64,000 nt of DNA from an uncultured Gammaproteobacteria bacterium (GCA_965231015.1 OZ246408.1:481237-545236), one strand, 5' to 3'; numbered from the stretch's first letter, positions 36,154-46,096 are shown. The notes: generated by a model from the sequence alone, not told the origin. Program-made: numbers and translations.

Positions 36154-36996
36154 CTATTTGAAATATATGTGGTTTCCAAAGCGTAAATCAATATAATCGA
36201 TTGTCGTTGGGTTACTTATACTCTCTCTTAGTATAGCAAATAAATGATTTGCCTGCTCCTCTACGTCTTCATCCGGATTAAAATAAATCTCATAATCATT
36301 GGTGGTCTTGGCTGCCAACCATGAGGAATGTGGGGAGTCGGTAAAAACAGTCTGTACTTGAACCCCACCCTGCTCAAGAAGTTCCAAAAAATCAAATGTG
36401 CCTTGAATACAATGTTTATTCAGCACATTGTCTCCCACGTTTATTTTTGTATTCGATCGATCAACAAAAATAGGCAGGCTGGCCAATGGTGTGTCTAGGT
36501 ATTCGAGGGACAAGCTTCTGATGACCGTACCTTCAAAATCCACAAAAAACATTTTGTCACCGCTTTGCCAGACCAGACTGGAAATACTTTCGGACACGGT
36601 TATCAGCATGGTTTGTTTCCGTTTTTCTATTAAAATGTCATTGAAAATGAATTTTTGAGATAGGGTTTGTTTAACCCAATCTTCATTGAGTAAAAACCTA
36701 TTATTACCGGGTAGCACCAGCCAGTGTCTTTTTTCCAAAGCCTTCCAACCTTGCTCAACAACCGCCTGATTGGACACAAATTCAGTGCCCTGAACCCTGA
36801 TTTCCCAAATGCCAAAACGTGGAGCTGTTAAGAGCCAGATAATGAATCCAAGTACGAAAACAACCAGTATTATAATCAACCATTTTATCCAGGGACGATC
36901 AGGTTTTTTGGTAGGTTGAAAATATGGATTACGAAAACGCCGCTCGTCATAGCGTTTAAAGTGATATCGTTTAAAAAAGTCGTGCCTCCTGGGCAT
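36154..36996 (-). CDS. FtsQ/DivIB-like cell division protein
   Basis: Single TM, POTRA-like region, C-terminal YIDLRFGN. Confidence 0.75.
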   Translation of the reverse strand: MPRRHDFFKRYHFKRYDERRFRNPYFQPTKKPDRPWIKWLIIILVVFVLGFIIWLLTAPRFGIWEIRVQGTEFVSNQAVVEQGWKALEKRHWLVLPGNNRFLLNEDWVKQTLSQKFIFNDILIEKRKQTMLITVSESISSLVWQSGDKMFFVDFEGTVIRSLSLEYLDTPLASLPIFVDRSNTKINVGDNVLNKHCIQGTFDFLELLEQGGVQVQTVFTDSPHSSWLAAKTTNDYEIYFNPDEDVEEQANHLFAILRESISNPTTIDYIDLRFGNHIYFK

Positions 36997-36999
36997 AGA

Positions 37000-38145
37000 T
37001 TATACTGTCCGACGAGGAAGGTGCGGACTGATTCGAGCGACCACCTCGTAATTTATGGTTTCCATGATTTTAGCCAGGTCATCGGCGGTTATGCGTCCAG
37101 TTCCCTGTTGACCGATTAGAACCACTTCTTCTTCAGGTTTTATTTGCGGTAGACTAGAAATGTCAACCATGCACATATTCATACATATTCTACCCAGTAT
37201 TTTACATCTATGTCCGCGGATTAAAACTTCTCCTTTATTGCTAAGACGTCGATCAAACCCGTCATAATAGCCAACTGGAATAACGGCAATTCTACTACGC
37301 GATGGCATGATTTCCGTACAACCATAGCCTATTGGACTACCGGCCGGAACATCTTTTATTTGAGCAAGACGGGTCTTCCAGGATAAAACAGGATTCAAGT
37401 CAATGTGTCGGCTGATATTGCGAGAAGTCGTTTCAACGTCATCAGAGGGCCACAAACCATAGGCGGCAATCCCGGCTCGAACCATGTTGCCATGGCTTTC
37501 CGGAAACAAGATGATTGCGCCAGAAGCAGCTAGGTGGTATCGCTTTGGCTTTAGACCAACTACGTGCACTTTTTGAGCTGCTTCGTTATAACGTTTCAAT
37601 TGTGTGATTGCATGGCTTGGGTCTTTGGTATCCTCAATATTGGAGAAATGGGTTGAAATACCAATTAGCTCAATATTTTGACAAAATTTGATCTCCTTAC
37701 AGACATCAACCAGATTAGCTGTCATTACGCCCTGCCGATGAGTTCCTGTCTCGATTTTCAGGTGAATCTTCGCCACCTTACCAAGTCCGGCCGCGACTTC
37801 TTGAAGTTTCCGAACCGTTTCTGTGTCGTAAACCGTTTGTTCAAAGCCAGACTTAATTAGGTCTTCAAAATTTGTGTGCAGGGTGTAGCCAAGGATTAGG
37901 ATTTGATGCTTGGGGGCAACAGCTTTTACTTCACGGGCTTCTTCAAGACTGTCCACTGCAAAATAGGTAACAGACTCTTCAGAAGAGACGATTTTTACGG
38001 TCTCTTTTAAGCCGTGGCCATAGGCGTTAGCCTTAACTACAAAACAAAGCTCGGCTTCCGGCTCTAACAAAGAACTAAGCGCTCGGAGATTGTTCCGAAG
38101 CGCCTGTTCATTGATCTCGATCCAGGTTCGATAGACCTCAGGCAT
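37000..38145 (-). CDS. alr: Alanine racemase
   Basis: VVKANAYGHG, HLKIETG.HRQG, PVGYYDG, GRICM. Confidence 0.95.
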   Translation of the reverse strand: MPEVYRTWIEINEQALRNNLRALSSLLEPEAELCFVVKANAYGHGLKETVKIVSSEESVTYFAVDSLEEAREVKAVAPKHQILILGYTLHTNFEDLIKSGFEQTVYDTETVRKLQEVAAGLGKVAKIHLKIETGTHRQGVMTANLVDVCKEIKFCQNIELIGISTHFSNIEDTKDPSHAITQLKRYNEAAQKVHVVGLKPKRYHLAASGAIILFPESHGNMVRAGIAAYGLWPSDDVETTSRNISRHIDLNPVLSWKTRLAQIKDVPAGSPIGYGCTEIMPSRSRIAVIPVGYYDGFDRRLSNKGEVLIRGHRCKILGRICMNMCMVDISSLPQIKPEEEVVLIGQQGTGRITADDLAKIMETINYEVVARISPHLPRRTV

Positions 38146-38150
38146 ACAAG

Positions 38151-39449
38151 CTACACTTTTGGTTTTAAAGCTTTTTGTTTGCCCATGTACGGCCGAAGAA
38201 TCTTTGGAATAGTGATTGATCCGTCTTTGTTTTGATAGTTTTCGAGGATAGCAATCAGGATACGAGGAGAGGCGATCATGGTGTTGTTCAAAGTGTGACA
38301 GTACTTGATATCTCCGTCTGCGGTTCTGTATCGAAGTCCTCCCCGGCGAGCTTGCCAGTCGGTTAGGTATGAAACTGAGTGGGTTTCACAATAGTCTTGC
38401 CGTGACGGCATCCAGGTTTCAATGTCGTACATCTTGTACTTCCCTGCTCCCATGTCACCGGTACAGATCTGGATTACTCGATGCGGCAGCTCTAAGTCGC
38501 GTAACAGTTCAAGGGCGTTTTCTTTGATGGCCTCCATCCAGTACAATCCCTCAGTCAAATCGTTTTTACATAGAACCACCTGCTCTACCTTCATAAATTC
38601 GTGGACGCGATAAATACCGCGAGTGTCTTTGCCGTAACCACCGACTTCTCTGCGGTAGCACGGAGAAAAACCGGCCAACTGAACCGCTAGGTCTTCCTCG
38701 TTCAAGATCTCACCCGCATGATATTGCAATAGAGCCGGCTCACTAGTTCCAGCTAAATATTTGGTTTCGGCAGTCTTCCCTTCTTCAGCATGATCGTGAA
38801 TTTCATAGATCTCCTCACGCTCACCCGGGAAGTGTCCACTCGTGGTTAACGCTCCTTCGCGAACAATGGCTGGAGCGGTCATGATTGTAAAACCTTTTTC
38901 AGCCAATCGAGCTGCAGCTAGGTTTATAAGTCCCAGATGCATGAGTGCCAGCTCATTCTTGAGATAATAACCACGGAAACCACCGGTTTTAACGCCTCGT
39001 TCAGTGTCTAACAGATCCAATTTCTCGGCTAATTCTACATGATCTTTAGGTTCGAAATCAAACTTGGTTGGATCTCCGCTACGGTCAATCTCCACGTTAC
39101 CATTCTCGTCTGGACCAATTGGGGTGTCATCAGAAGGAATGTTTGGTACTCGGTACATCAGAGTTTGAAAACGTTCTTCAACTTCACGAAGCTGTGGTTC
39201 GATTTCAGATAATTTTTCTTTTACCTCTTTTCCCTCTTCGGCAATCTTGGCTTTGTCTTCCGGTTTGGCAGCTTGAACTCGATCAGCCACAGCACGCTTT
39301 TCAGCATTCAAAGTTTCGACTTTTTGCAATAATTCTCGGCGCTCTCGGTCAACTTCTAATAGTTCATCCAAATCAATGTCTACCCCCTTATCCTTGGCCG
39401 CCTTTTTGACCTCGGCTGTGTTTTCACGAATAAATTTAATGTCTAGCAT
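38151..39449 (-). CDS. serS: Seryl-tRNA synthetase
   Basis: MLDIKFIREN, CYRREVG, RVHEFMKVEQ, HTLNNT. Confidence 0.97.
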   Translation of the reverse strand: MLDIKFIRENTAEVKKAAKDKGVDIDLDELLEVDRERRELLQKVETLNAEKRAVADRVQAAKPEDKAKIAEEGKEVKEKLSEIEPQLREVEERFQTLMYRVPNIPSDDTPIGPDENGNVEIDRSGDPTKFDFEPKDHVELAEKLDLLDTERGVKTGGFRGYYLKNELALMHLGLINLAAARLAEKGFTIMTAPAIVREGALTTSGHFPGEREEIYEIHDHAEEGKTAETKYLAGTSEPALLQYHAGEILNEEDLAVQLAGFSPCYRREVGGYGKDTRGIYRVHEFMKVEQVVLCKNDLTEGLYWMEAIKENALELLRDLELPHRVIQICTGDMGAGKYKMYDIETWMPSRQDYCETHSVSYLTDWQARRGGLRYRTADGDIKYCHTLNNTMIASPRILIAILENYQNKDGSITIPKILRPYMGKQKALKPKV

Positions 39450-39843
39450 ATGATGTTTTGTAATTATCCGGTTGAAACGGTTTTAATCGCACCAGCTGAA
39501 TGTGCCTGTTTTGAGTTTTTGCTAGATACTGTTTTAGACTTTCGTAAAGTTCATCTTGATCATATCCAACAGCGATCACATCTGGTTTGACCTCCTCGAC
39601 GATCTTGAATTTTCCTCGTTGGCGATCTGACAGCCAAGCCTCATCTATGAGCGGGTAATCCTTCACTATCTGCAATCGTTCTTGCTCATCAAATTTGGGG
39701 GCCCTGTCCTTGGTTTCTCTTACATATCGATCTCGAGCAACACTAGCTATTAAATAGTCACCATGTTCTCGAGCTTCATGCATCATGGCAAAGTGCCCAG
39801 GGTGTAGCTCATCAAAGGTCCCAAAAATTAATACGCGGCTCAT
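39436..39843 (-). CDS. Cytidylyltransferase-family protein (RibL-like FAD synthase)
   Basis: FGTFDELHPGH, VARD, IAVGYDQ. Confidence 0.8.
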   Translation of the reverse strand: MSRVLIFGTFDELHPGHFAMMHEAREHGDYLIASVARDRYVRETKDRAPKFDEQERLQIVKDYPLIDEAWLSDRQRGKFKIVEEVKPDVIAVGYDQDELYESLKQYLAKTQNRHIQLVRLKPFQPDNYKTSYARH

Positions 39844-41927
39844 AATCCAAGTTCATCTGATCCTTCTTGCATGGCCTTGAGACTGGTTTCGATTACTTCT
39901 TCTAAGCTCATACCCATTAATTCATCACACCTCGCAATTATATCTCGATTTACATTTCGGGCGAACTCTTTCTTTTTGAATTTTTTCTTGACTGATGGCA
40001 CGGTCAAAGTTGCCAGTTTCTTTTCAGGTTGTACCAGCGCGGCGGCAGAAATCAGTCCGGTAAGCTCTTCTACGCAAAACAGAGTTTTATCAAGCAGGAG
40101 TTGCAAATCAATTCCGTGCATATGGTTGTGGGCTTTGACCGCGTTGACAATTCGAGAGTCAATTCCTTCCCCTTCCAAAATTTCAGCACTGCGCAGTGAG
40201 TGTTGTTCAGGGTCATCTCTTGTTTCTTCCCAGTCGATATCATGCAAGAGTCCGGTCATGCCCCAAAGGTTCTCATTCTTGCCAAAGTGACGGGCAAAAG
40301 ACCGCATTACCATTTCAGCGGCTAAATGATGCTTGATTAAACCGTCTTGTTTAATGTGTTTTTTTAGTAATTTTAGCGCATTTTCTCGCTCCGGGATTGT
40401 TCCGGTAATATCTAAACTTTCTCCGTCATCGTCATCCGACGGAGATGAATTACTTTTTAAACCAGCTTCCGGTTTCAAAGTTGGGAACAAGATCACTTCT
40501 TTTAAGTTTGGAGAATTGGTTAGCATTTTAGCCAATCGGTCCAACCCCATTCCAAGCCCAGCGGTCGGTGGCATACCATGTTTGAGAGCGTTCAAGAAAT
40601 CCTCGTCAAAGCGTTGGGCTTCATCATCTCCAGCCGCACGTAAAGATTCCTGTTCACGGAAACGCTCTTCTTGGTCTAATGGATCATTGAGCTCAGAAAA
40701 TCCATTACACAGTTCCACCCCGGCCGCACAAACAAGTTGCATGCGCTCCACGTAACGTGGATCTTCCGGCTTTCGTTTTGCAAGCGGTGAAAGTTCAACC
40801 GGATGATCGATCATGAAAATCGGATCAATTATTTTTGGTCGAGCGAAAGTCTTGTAAATTTCATCTACCAACTTACCTCGCCCATCAGTTTCTTTGATGT
40901 CTTCAACACCCTTCTTGACGGCGGCTTTATACAAACTGGTAGCGTCAGGATAATCCTCAATATCGATTCCTGCGTGGTCGATGATTAATTGACGCATGGT
41001 AATCCGCGGATACGGTGGTTTGAAGTTAGCGGTTTTGTCTCCGGCCTTAATCTTAAAACCGAGCCCAAGTTCAGTTAACAGATACGGCAACATTTGCTCA
41101 GTCAAATCCATTAAATCGTGATAATTGGCATAGGCCCAGTAGTACTCGATTTGAGTAAATTCCGGGTTGTGTTCATTGTCGATCCCCTCATTTCTAAAAC
41201 ACCGAGCAATCTCAAATACTTTTTCATATCCACCCACAATAAGTTTTTTTAGATACAGTTCCGGAGCGATACGCATGTACATGTCAACATTGAGTGCGTT
41301 ATGGTGGGTTTTAAAAGGCTTGGCTGTAGCGCCACCCGGAATAATTTGCAGAATAGGAGTTTCAACTTCCATAAAACCGCGTTCTTCAAAAAAGTCGCGG
41401 ATTAATTTGATCATTTTACTGCGAAGACGGAAAATATTGCGCACTTGTTCGTTCGCAATCAAATCCAGATAGCGCTGACGATAACGTATTTCAACATCAT
41501 TCAAACCATGCCATTTTTCTGGGAGCGGCAACAGGCTCTTGGTCAACATGAGGTAGTCTTTGGCAAGGAGTGTGTGTTCTCCGGTTTTGGTGACAAAAGT
41601 CGTGCCATTGATCTCGATGAAGTCTCCCATGTCATAAAGATCATGGAATTGTTTATAGTTGTCGGTCCCAAGATCGTCTTTTTTAAGCAAGACTTGAACG
41701 CGAGCAGTTTCGTCTTCAACCACGATAAAAGTTAACCCGCCATGTTTGCGAATACTGCGAATCCGTCCGGTAAGATGCACATGTTCTCCGGTTTTATCTA
41801 GTTCATCAAATAAATCTAAAAACTTATCAATGGTGTGAGTTCGGGTTGTTTTACAAGGGTACGGTTCAATCCCAGCCTGCCTAGCAAGCTCGAGACGCCG
41901 CCGCCGCATGGCCTCTTCATCAATCAT
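39840..41927 (-). CDS. lysS: Class II lysyl-tRNA synthetase fused to a C-terminal HD domain
   Basis: RYRQRYLDL, FRNEG, GMPPTAGLGMG, then linker and WGMTGLLHDID. Confidence 0.95.
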   Translation of the reverse strand: MIDEEAMRRRRLELARQAGIEPYPCKTTRTHTIDKFLDLFDELDKTGEHVHLTGRIRSIRKHGGLTFIVVEDETARVQVLLKKDDLGTDNYKQFHDLYDMGDFIEINGTTFVTKTGEHTLLAKDYLMLTKSLLPLPEKWHGLNDVEIRYRQRYLDLIANEQVRNIFRLRSKMIKLIRDFFEERGFMEVETPILQIIPGGATAKPFKTHHNALNVDMYMRIAPELYLKKLIVGGYEKVFEIARCFRNEGIDNEHNPEFTQIEYYWAYANYHDLMDLTEQMLPYLLTELGLGFKIKAGDKTANFKPPYPRITMRQLIIDHAGIDIEDYPDATSLYKAAVKKGVEDIKETDGRGKLVDEIYKTFARPKIIDPIFMIDHPVELSPLAKRKPEDPRYVERMQLVCAAGVELCNGFSELNDPLDQEERFREQESLRAAGDDEAQRFDEDFLNALKHGMPPTAGLGMGLDRLAKMLTNSPNLKEVILFPTLKPEAGLKSNSSPSDDDDGESLDITGTIPERENALKLLKKHIKQDGLIKHHLAAEMVMRSFARHFGKNENLWGMTGLLHDIDWEETRDDPEQHSLRSAEILEGEGIDSRIVNAVKAHNHMHGIDLQLLLDKTLFCVEELTGLISAAALVQPEKKLATLTVPSVKKKFKKKEFARNVNRDIIARCDELMGMSLEEVIETSLKAMQEGSDELGL

Positions 41928-42031
41928 AAATATAGGTTTTAAACGTAGATATTTTAACTTAATTTAGGCTTATAGTCAAAAACTCACCGGGCTTTTAACA
42001 CGGCGAGTTGAGCTTAAAATTATAAACGCCG

Positions 42032-42490
42032 CTACAGGATCTTTTTTACCTTGTATGAAACGTTTCCGGATGGCAGTTCTACTTCAACGGTTTCCCCTAC
42101 CCTAGCTCCCAAAAAGGCTTTACCTACCGGGGTTTCGTTACTGATTTTGCCGCTCATGGGATCGGCTTCGGTTGAACCAACCATTTCAAACTCCTTGTCT
42201 TCTCCATTTAGTTCAGCGATAAACTTGTTTCCAATATTTACACTGTCTCCACCAGCCTTTTCTTCTACTAATACTGCGTTTTGCAGCATGTCTTTGAGCT
42301 CAATAATCCGACTCTCGTTTTGAGCCTGCTCTTCTTTAGCCGCATGATACTCAAAGTTTTCGGAAAGATCTCCGAGTTCTTTGGCTTGTTCTATTTTGCC
42401 AGCAATAATTTTGCGTCCCTCACCTTGACGGTGTTCGAGCTCTTGTTTTAATTCTTCTAGCTTTTCAGCTGAAACAAATACTGCATCCAT
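42032..42490 (-). CDS. greA: Transcription elongation factor GreA
   Basis: GDLSENFEYHAAK, ISNETPVGKA. Confidence 0.95.
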   Translation of the reverse strand: MDAVFVSAEKLEELKQELEHRQGEGRKIIAGKIEQAKELGDLSENFEYHAAKEEQAQNESRIIELKDMLQNAVLVEEKAGGDSVNIGNKFIAELNGEDKEFEMVGSTEADPMSGKISNETPVGKAFLGARVGETVEVELPSGNVSYKVKKIL

Positions 42491-42574
42491 ATGTTCTTTT
42501 TAAATTGAACACCCGTGGCCATGCGGACACGAGTTGGTTAAATTACTATACCAAAAACTTGTCCACAGAGCAAG

Positions 42575-43139
42575 TTAGTCCTCAATAATAGCTTGTAAGA
42601 CACTCGGCACTTCGGTTATCCCGGTATCATCGTCGTAATGACTCATGTCGTGATCGATTACGGTCGAGGCACCAAAGTGTTCTTTGGTGTAATTAGTACT
42701 GCTGGTTGGTATAAATGGATCGTTGTCAGAAAAGACCGATGATTTTTTTGGCTGAACTCGAGATCTTGGTGTCGTTGAAAGGTTGTTCAAGCCATGGGGC
42801 GATAAATTCGGGCATATCGTCAGTTAATCCGTTGATAATATCAACCGCCGGGACCACCAAAACAGCTTTGTTGATTTTATTCCTTCAAGTAGTCGCTCGA
42901 GGTATCGCGGCGCTGTTGCTCCACCCATGCTGTGGCCGACAATAATAACGTCTTCACTTGGTGTGCCGACAACCTGTTCAAGGTATGATACCCAAGCTTC
43001 CATGCGTGGATTATCCGAATCCGGCATGGAAAGAGATTCGACTTCGTAACCCTCGGCTTCGAGCTCACGCTTGAGCCATGGAAAAAAATGAGTTGTTGGA
43101 GCTCCCTTCCCAACCATGAACCAAGAATGCTTTTGGCAT
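42575..43139 (-). pseudogene. RBBP9/YdeN-family alpha/beta hydrolase, frameshifted
   Basis: MPKAFLVHGWEG, HFFPWLK, VGHSMGG and SDNDPFIP...SH lie in different frames; ORFs 42824..43117 and 42575..42790 are pieces. Confidence 0.75.
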
Positions 43140-43223
43140 AAAATTTTGTTTATAGATTTAACCTTTTGGTTAGAAGATTATTCACTGGCACATTCGTGCG
43201 AATGTGAAAGTAAGATACTTGTT

Positions 43224-43251
43224 ATTTAGTATAGTTGCTGTTAGGCGCTGT
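43224..43251 (-). other. dif-like 28-bp site at the left array boundary
   Basis: Minus strand ACAGCGCCTAA-CAGCAA-CTATACTAAAT (11-6-11); 7/11 and 8/11 identity to the E. coli dif XerC and XerD arms. Confidence 0.55.
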
Positions 43252-43366
43252 CGCGAGCGGAGCGAGCGGCAAAGCGCCGACAGTCGCAGCCCGTTATATT
43301 CCTCGAAGGGCTGAAATTCAGTGCAACGTCCCGAAGGGCTGGCGAGCGTAATAAATACCATTAAAT

Positions 43367-43726
43367 TTATTGCAATTTCTTGAGCATTCTTTCAACTATT
43401 CTTTGAGCTTGTCTTCCGGCGGCAGCGTGTATAAGGTCAAACATATCTCTTGATAGTGCTTCACACTCTCCTGTTTTTGAATCGACTTTGTATCCGGTAA
43501 AATTTTCTGAAACATCTGATGTTTTTTCGATTTCTTGAAGAAAATCAATTAATTCAGATCGAGGAACACCGCCGCCTTGATCAGGATTTTGTTCTAAAAT
43601 TTTTCTTAATGCTTGAGCTCTTTCTGGACTAAAATGTTTTGTTAATTCAGATAACTCTGCCGTCTTTTCTTTTGCTTGTTCGGCAAGGTCTCTGAGCTCT
43701 GTTGGTTGTTCTGATCCTTTTTCCAT
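43367..43726 (-). CDS. Hypothetical protein (cassette 1)
   Basis: 119-aa ORF bracketed by a perfect 22-bp IR (43349-43370 / 43732-43753). Confidence 0.7.
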   Translation of the reverse strand: MEKGSEQPTELRDLAEQAKEKTAELSELTKHFSPERAQALRKILEQNPDQGGGVPRSELIDFLQEIEKTSDVSENFTGYKVDSKTGECEALSRDMFDLIHAAAGRQAQRIVERMLKKLQ

Positions 43727-43761
43727 AAGTTATAAATTTAATGGTATTTATTATGGCGTAT

Positions 43762-43921
43762 AACGGCCGGCGGCTATGCGACGTGGTCCGGAGACGAGCT
43801 TGCTCGTCGACGGGCCATGTCCGCATAGCTGACTGTTGTGCGATGTCGCGTAGCGACGAGCGCAACAAAAGGCGTAGCCGCCGGCCGTTGTGGCGAAGGA
43901 GCGAAGCGATTTCGCCACAAC
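43762..43921. repeat. 160-bp hairpin site plus empty 35-bp mini-cassette, copy 1
   Basis: One mismatch versus the copies at 45937 and 51021. Confidence 0.9.
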
Positions 43922-43998
43922 GTTTGCGTGTATCTGATGTTTTGCGGAGCAAAATATGGGAGATCGAAGTGCAACGAGTGAACCGCATATGCTGTGTT
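43919..43998. repeat. attC-like hairpin site
   Basis: AAC-gtttgcg-TGTATCTGATG...GCATA-tgctgt-GTT. Confidence 0.65.
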
Positions 43999-44115
43999 AG
44001 GCGAGCCGAACGGAGTGATAGCGAAGTGAGAGTGCAACGTGCCTTTAGCGTATTTTTGAAAAAATTATCATTATTATTCTTTTGTTGTTGGTCTTTTTAT
44101 AATTGTTGATTGCTA

Positions 44116-44469
44116 TTAACCAAATACTGCAAAACCTTCCCCAAATACCCTTGATGAAACCGCACTTAATATGATAACGCCAACAAGTAATGTCACCATT
44201 ATAAAAATAACTTCTCCAAGAATAACTTTTTTATATAACTTACCCAGCTCACTCTCACACGTTTTTTTCAGAAATTCAGATAAAAATTTTTCTTTGAAGT
44301 AGAAATATAAACCTAATAATATAAATAAGGTTCCTACAAGTAAATTGATGACAAAACCAATGCGAGATAAATAAATACTACCAATGATAATCAATCCACT
44401 TGTTATCCAAAGAAAAATCGTCAAATAAGTTGCGAACTGTAATAATTTTAATTGTAAGTTATTTTTCAT
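44116..44469 (-). CDS. Three-TM membrane protein (cassette 2)
   Basis: Likely start MKNNLQ at 44469; ends RVFGEGFAVFG. Confidence 0.65.
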   Translation of the reverse strand: MKNNLQLKLLQFATYLTIFLWITSGLIIIGSIYLSRIGFVINLLVGTLFILLGLYFYFKEKFLSEFLKKTCESELGKLYKKVILGEVIFIMVTLLVGVIILSAVSSRVFGEGFAVFG

Positions 44470-44553
44470 AATGTTTAGTCTGAATAAATTAATTTTTATA
44501 TACTCCAACAACAAAAACATTTTAAAAACAAATTTTTCAAAAATATGTCGCCT

Positions 44554-44688
44554 AACGTTCAAGTATATGAGAAGTTTCGCACACTCCTTATTAAAATTCA
44601 ATAATGTGTGTGCGAAATTTGGGTAAAAGAAATTGCGCCCCCGCTAAAAGTTAAGAAGCGTAATTTCTTGAACCTCTTATACTTTGTT
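44554..44688. repeat. attC-like branched hairpin site
   Basis: AAC-gttcaag-TATATGAGAAG, internal stems TTTCGCACAC/GTGTGCGAAA and AAGAAATTGCG/CGTAATTTCTT, closing CTCTTATACTTT-GTT. Confidence 0.7.
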
Positions 44689-44814
44689 GTACGATGTTGG
44701 CTTTCCATTTTATTCGATTTTTTGGGGAGTTTTCGGTCGTTTGCAATTGACAGGCGGGGAGCAACTTGCTATTATTCAAAGTCGCAATTCCGCGACCAAC
44801 GAAGGAGGTTTATC

Positions 44815-45102
44815 ATGAGTGACAAGACGAAGAGGCGACCGGCACACGAGATCATCATGGGGATGATACACGAGGCGTACAGAGATCTGGCTTCTGCCGA
44901 TAAGGGGCAGGAAGAACGGCATGCTGTTCGGATTCAGACTCTGTGCCAGGTGATGACTGACATGTTCATCCCCGAGGAATTGATGCCTCAGCTGACCAAT
45001 CAGCTCGAAATGGCCACCCGAGTCCCCATCATCGCCGATGTGGCCTACCTGGTGCACGAGGACATTCAGCGTCTCATGGGCAGGCTCATGTACGACGAGT
45101 AG
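44815..45102 (+). CDS. Hypothetical protein (cassette 3; inverted, own promoter and terminator)
   Basis: TTGACA-17-TATTAT at 44747, SD AAGGAGGT, GC-rich codons, hairpin at 45129-45162. Confidence 0.7.
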   Translation: MSDKTKRRPAHEIIMGMIHEAYRDLASADKGQEERHAVRIQTLCQVMTDMFIPEELMPQLTNQLEMATRVPIIADVAYLVHEDIQRLMGRLMYDE

Positions 45103-45233
45103 AACGCCCCGCCGCCATCCGCTTCACCAACCCCCGTTCGGACAACATGTCCAGCAGGGGTTCATTTTTTATAGAGAAAACTGCCCAAATAATTGAATTG
45201 GAAAAGAGAAAAATGGAAAGCCAATTTCGCCAC

Positions 45234-45352
45234 AACGTTCCTGCGTATGCGATGTTTGCTAGTGGTATAATTGCACGAAGTGCTTACCACTGGCAAATAT
45301 GGGTGCAGTGAGGAGGAGGTACAACGACGAACGGAACCGCATATTCTTTGTT
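45234..45352. repeat. attC-like hairpin site
   Basis: First ~65 bp nearly identical to the site at 51178; TATGCG...CGCATA closing stem. Confidence 0.7.
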
Positions 45353-45899
45353 ATATGATGTTTTTGTGTGACACGTCATTAAGATAAAACAATATTGCAA
45401 TCAATGATATACCGTCTGATATTTCCTTGTTTTCAATCAGTTCTTTGACTTTAGCAATAGAGAGCCAATGGATTTCATTGACTTCATCTGTATCAAAATC
45501 TATTTGTTTAGAACTATCAGCTTCACCAATAACTACATGTGTCGTTTGGTTTGACATTCCGTTTGAAGGATTGAAAGAATAATGGAGTTTTAATGCCTTC
45601 GTTCTAAACCCAGTTTCTTCTAGCACTTCGCGTTCAGCGGCTTTCAAAATATCCTCGCTTTTATCGATTCCACCGGCGGGTAATTCCCACTGAATCTGTT
45701 GGGTTGTATAGCGAAGTGCTTTTATGAAGCAAATGTCTTTTTTATCGTTGGTCAACAAAACGACTACAGAATCGTTTGGATAGTCTAAAAAATGGTATTT
45801 TTCAATAATTTTACCAGAAGGCATTAAAACCCTGTCTGTATAGAGGTTGATCCATTGGCTCTCGTAGATTGTTTTTCGCTCTAGTCTTTCAGGTAACAT
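45351..45899 (-). CDS. NUDIX hydrolase, ADP-ribose pyrophosphatase-like (cassette 4)
   Basis: ELPAGG...AAEREVLEETG; the stop codon lies in the TAAC core site. Confidence 0.9.
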   Translation of the reverse strand: MLPERLERKTIYESQWINLYTDRVLMPSGKIIEKYHFLDYPNDSVVVLLTNDKKDICFIKALRYTTQQIQWELPAGGIDKSEDILKAAEREVLEETGFRTKALKLHYSFNPSNGMSNQTTHVVIGEADSSKQIDFDTDEVNEIHWLSIAKVKELIENKEISDGISLIAILFYLNDVSHKNII

Positions 45900-45936
45900 A
45901 TCTTGATTGTATTAGTGTCACACAAAAATTTCACAC

Positions 45937-46096
45937 AACGGCCGGCGGCTATGCGACGTGGTCCGGAGACGAGCTTACTCGTCGACGGGCCATGTCCGCA
46001 TAGCTGACTGTTGTGCGATGTCGCGTAGCGACGAGCGCAACAAAAGGCGTAGCCGCCGGCCGTTGTGGCGAAGGAGCGAAGCGATTTCGCCACAAC
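45937..46096. repeat. 160-bp hairpin site plus empty mini-cassette, copy 2
   Basis: Direct repeat of 43762-43921. Confidence 0.9.

Noticed and set aside
43647-44109. ORFs overlapping the 160-bp repeats (also 45881-46240 and 50950-51465)
   Set aside because: Open in several frames on both strands because the GC-rich palindromes lack stop codons; they have no protein-like features.
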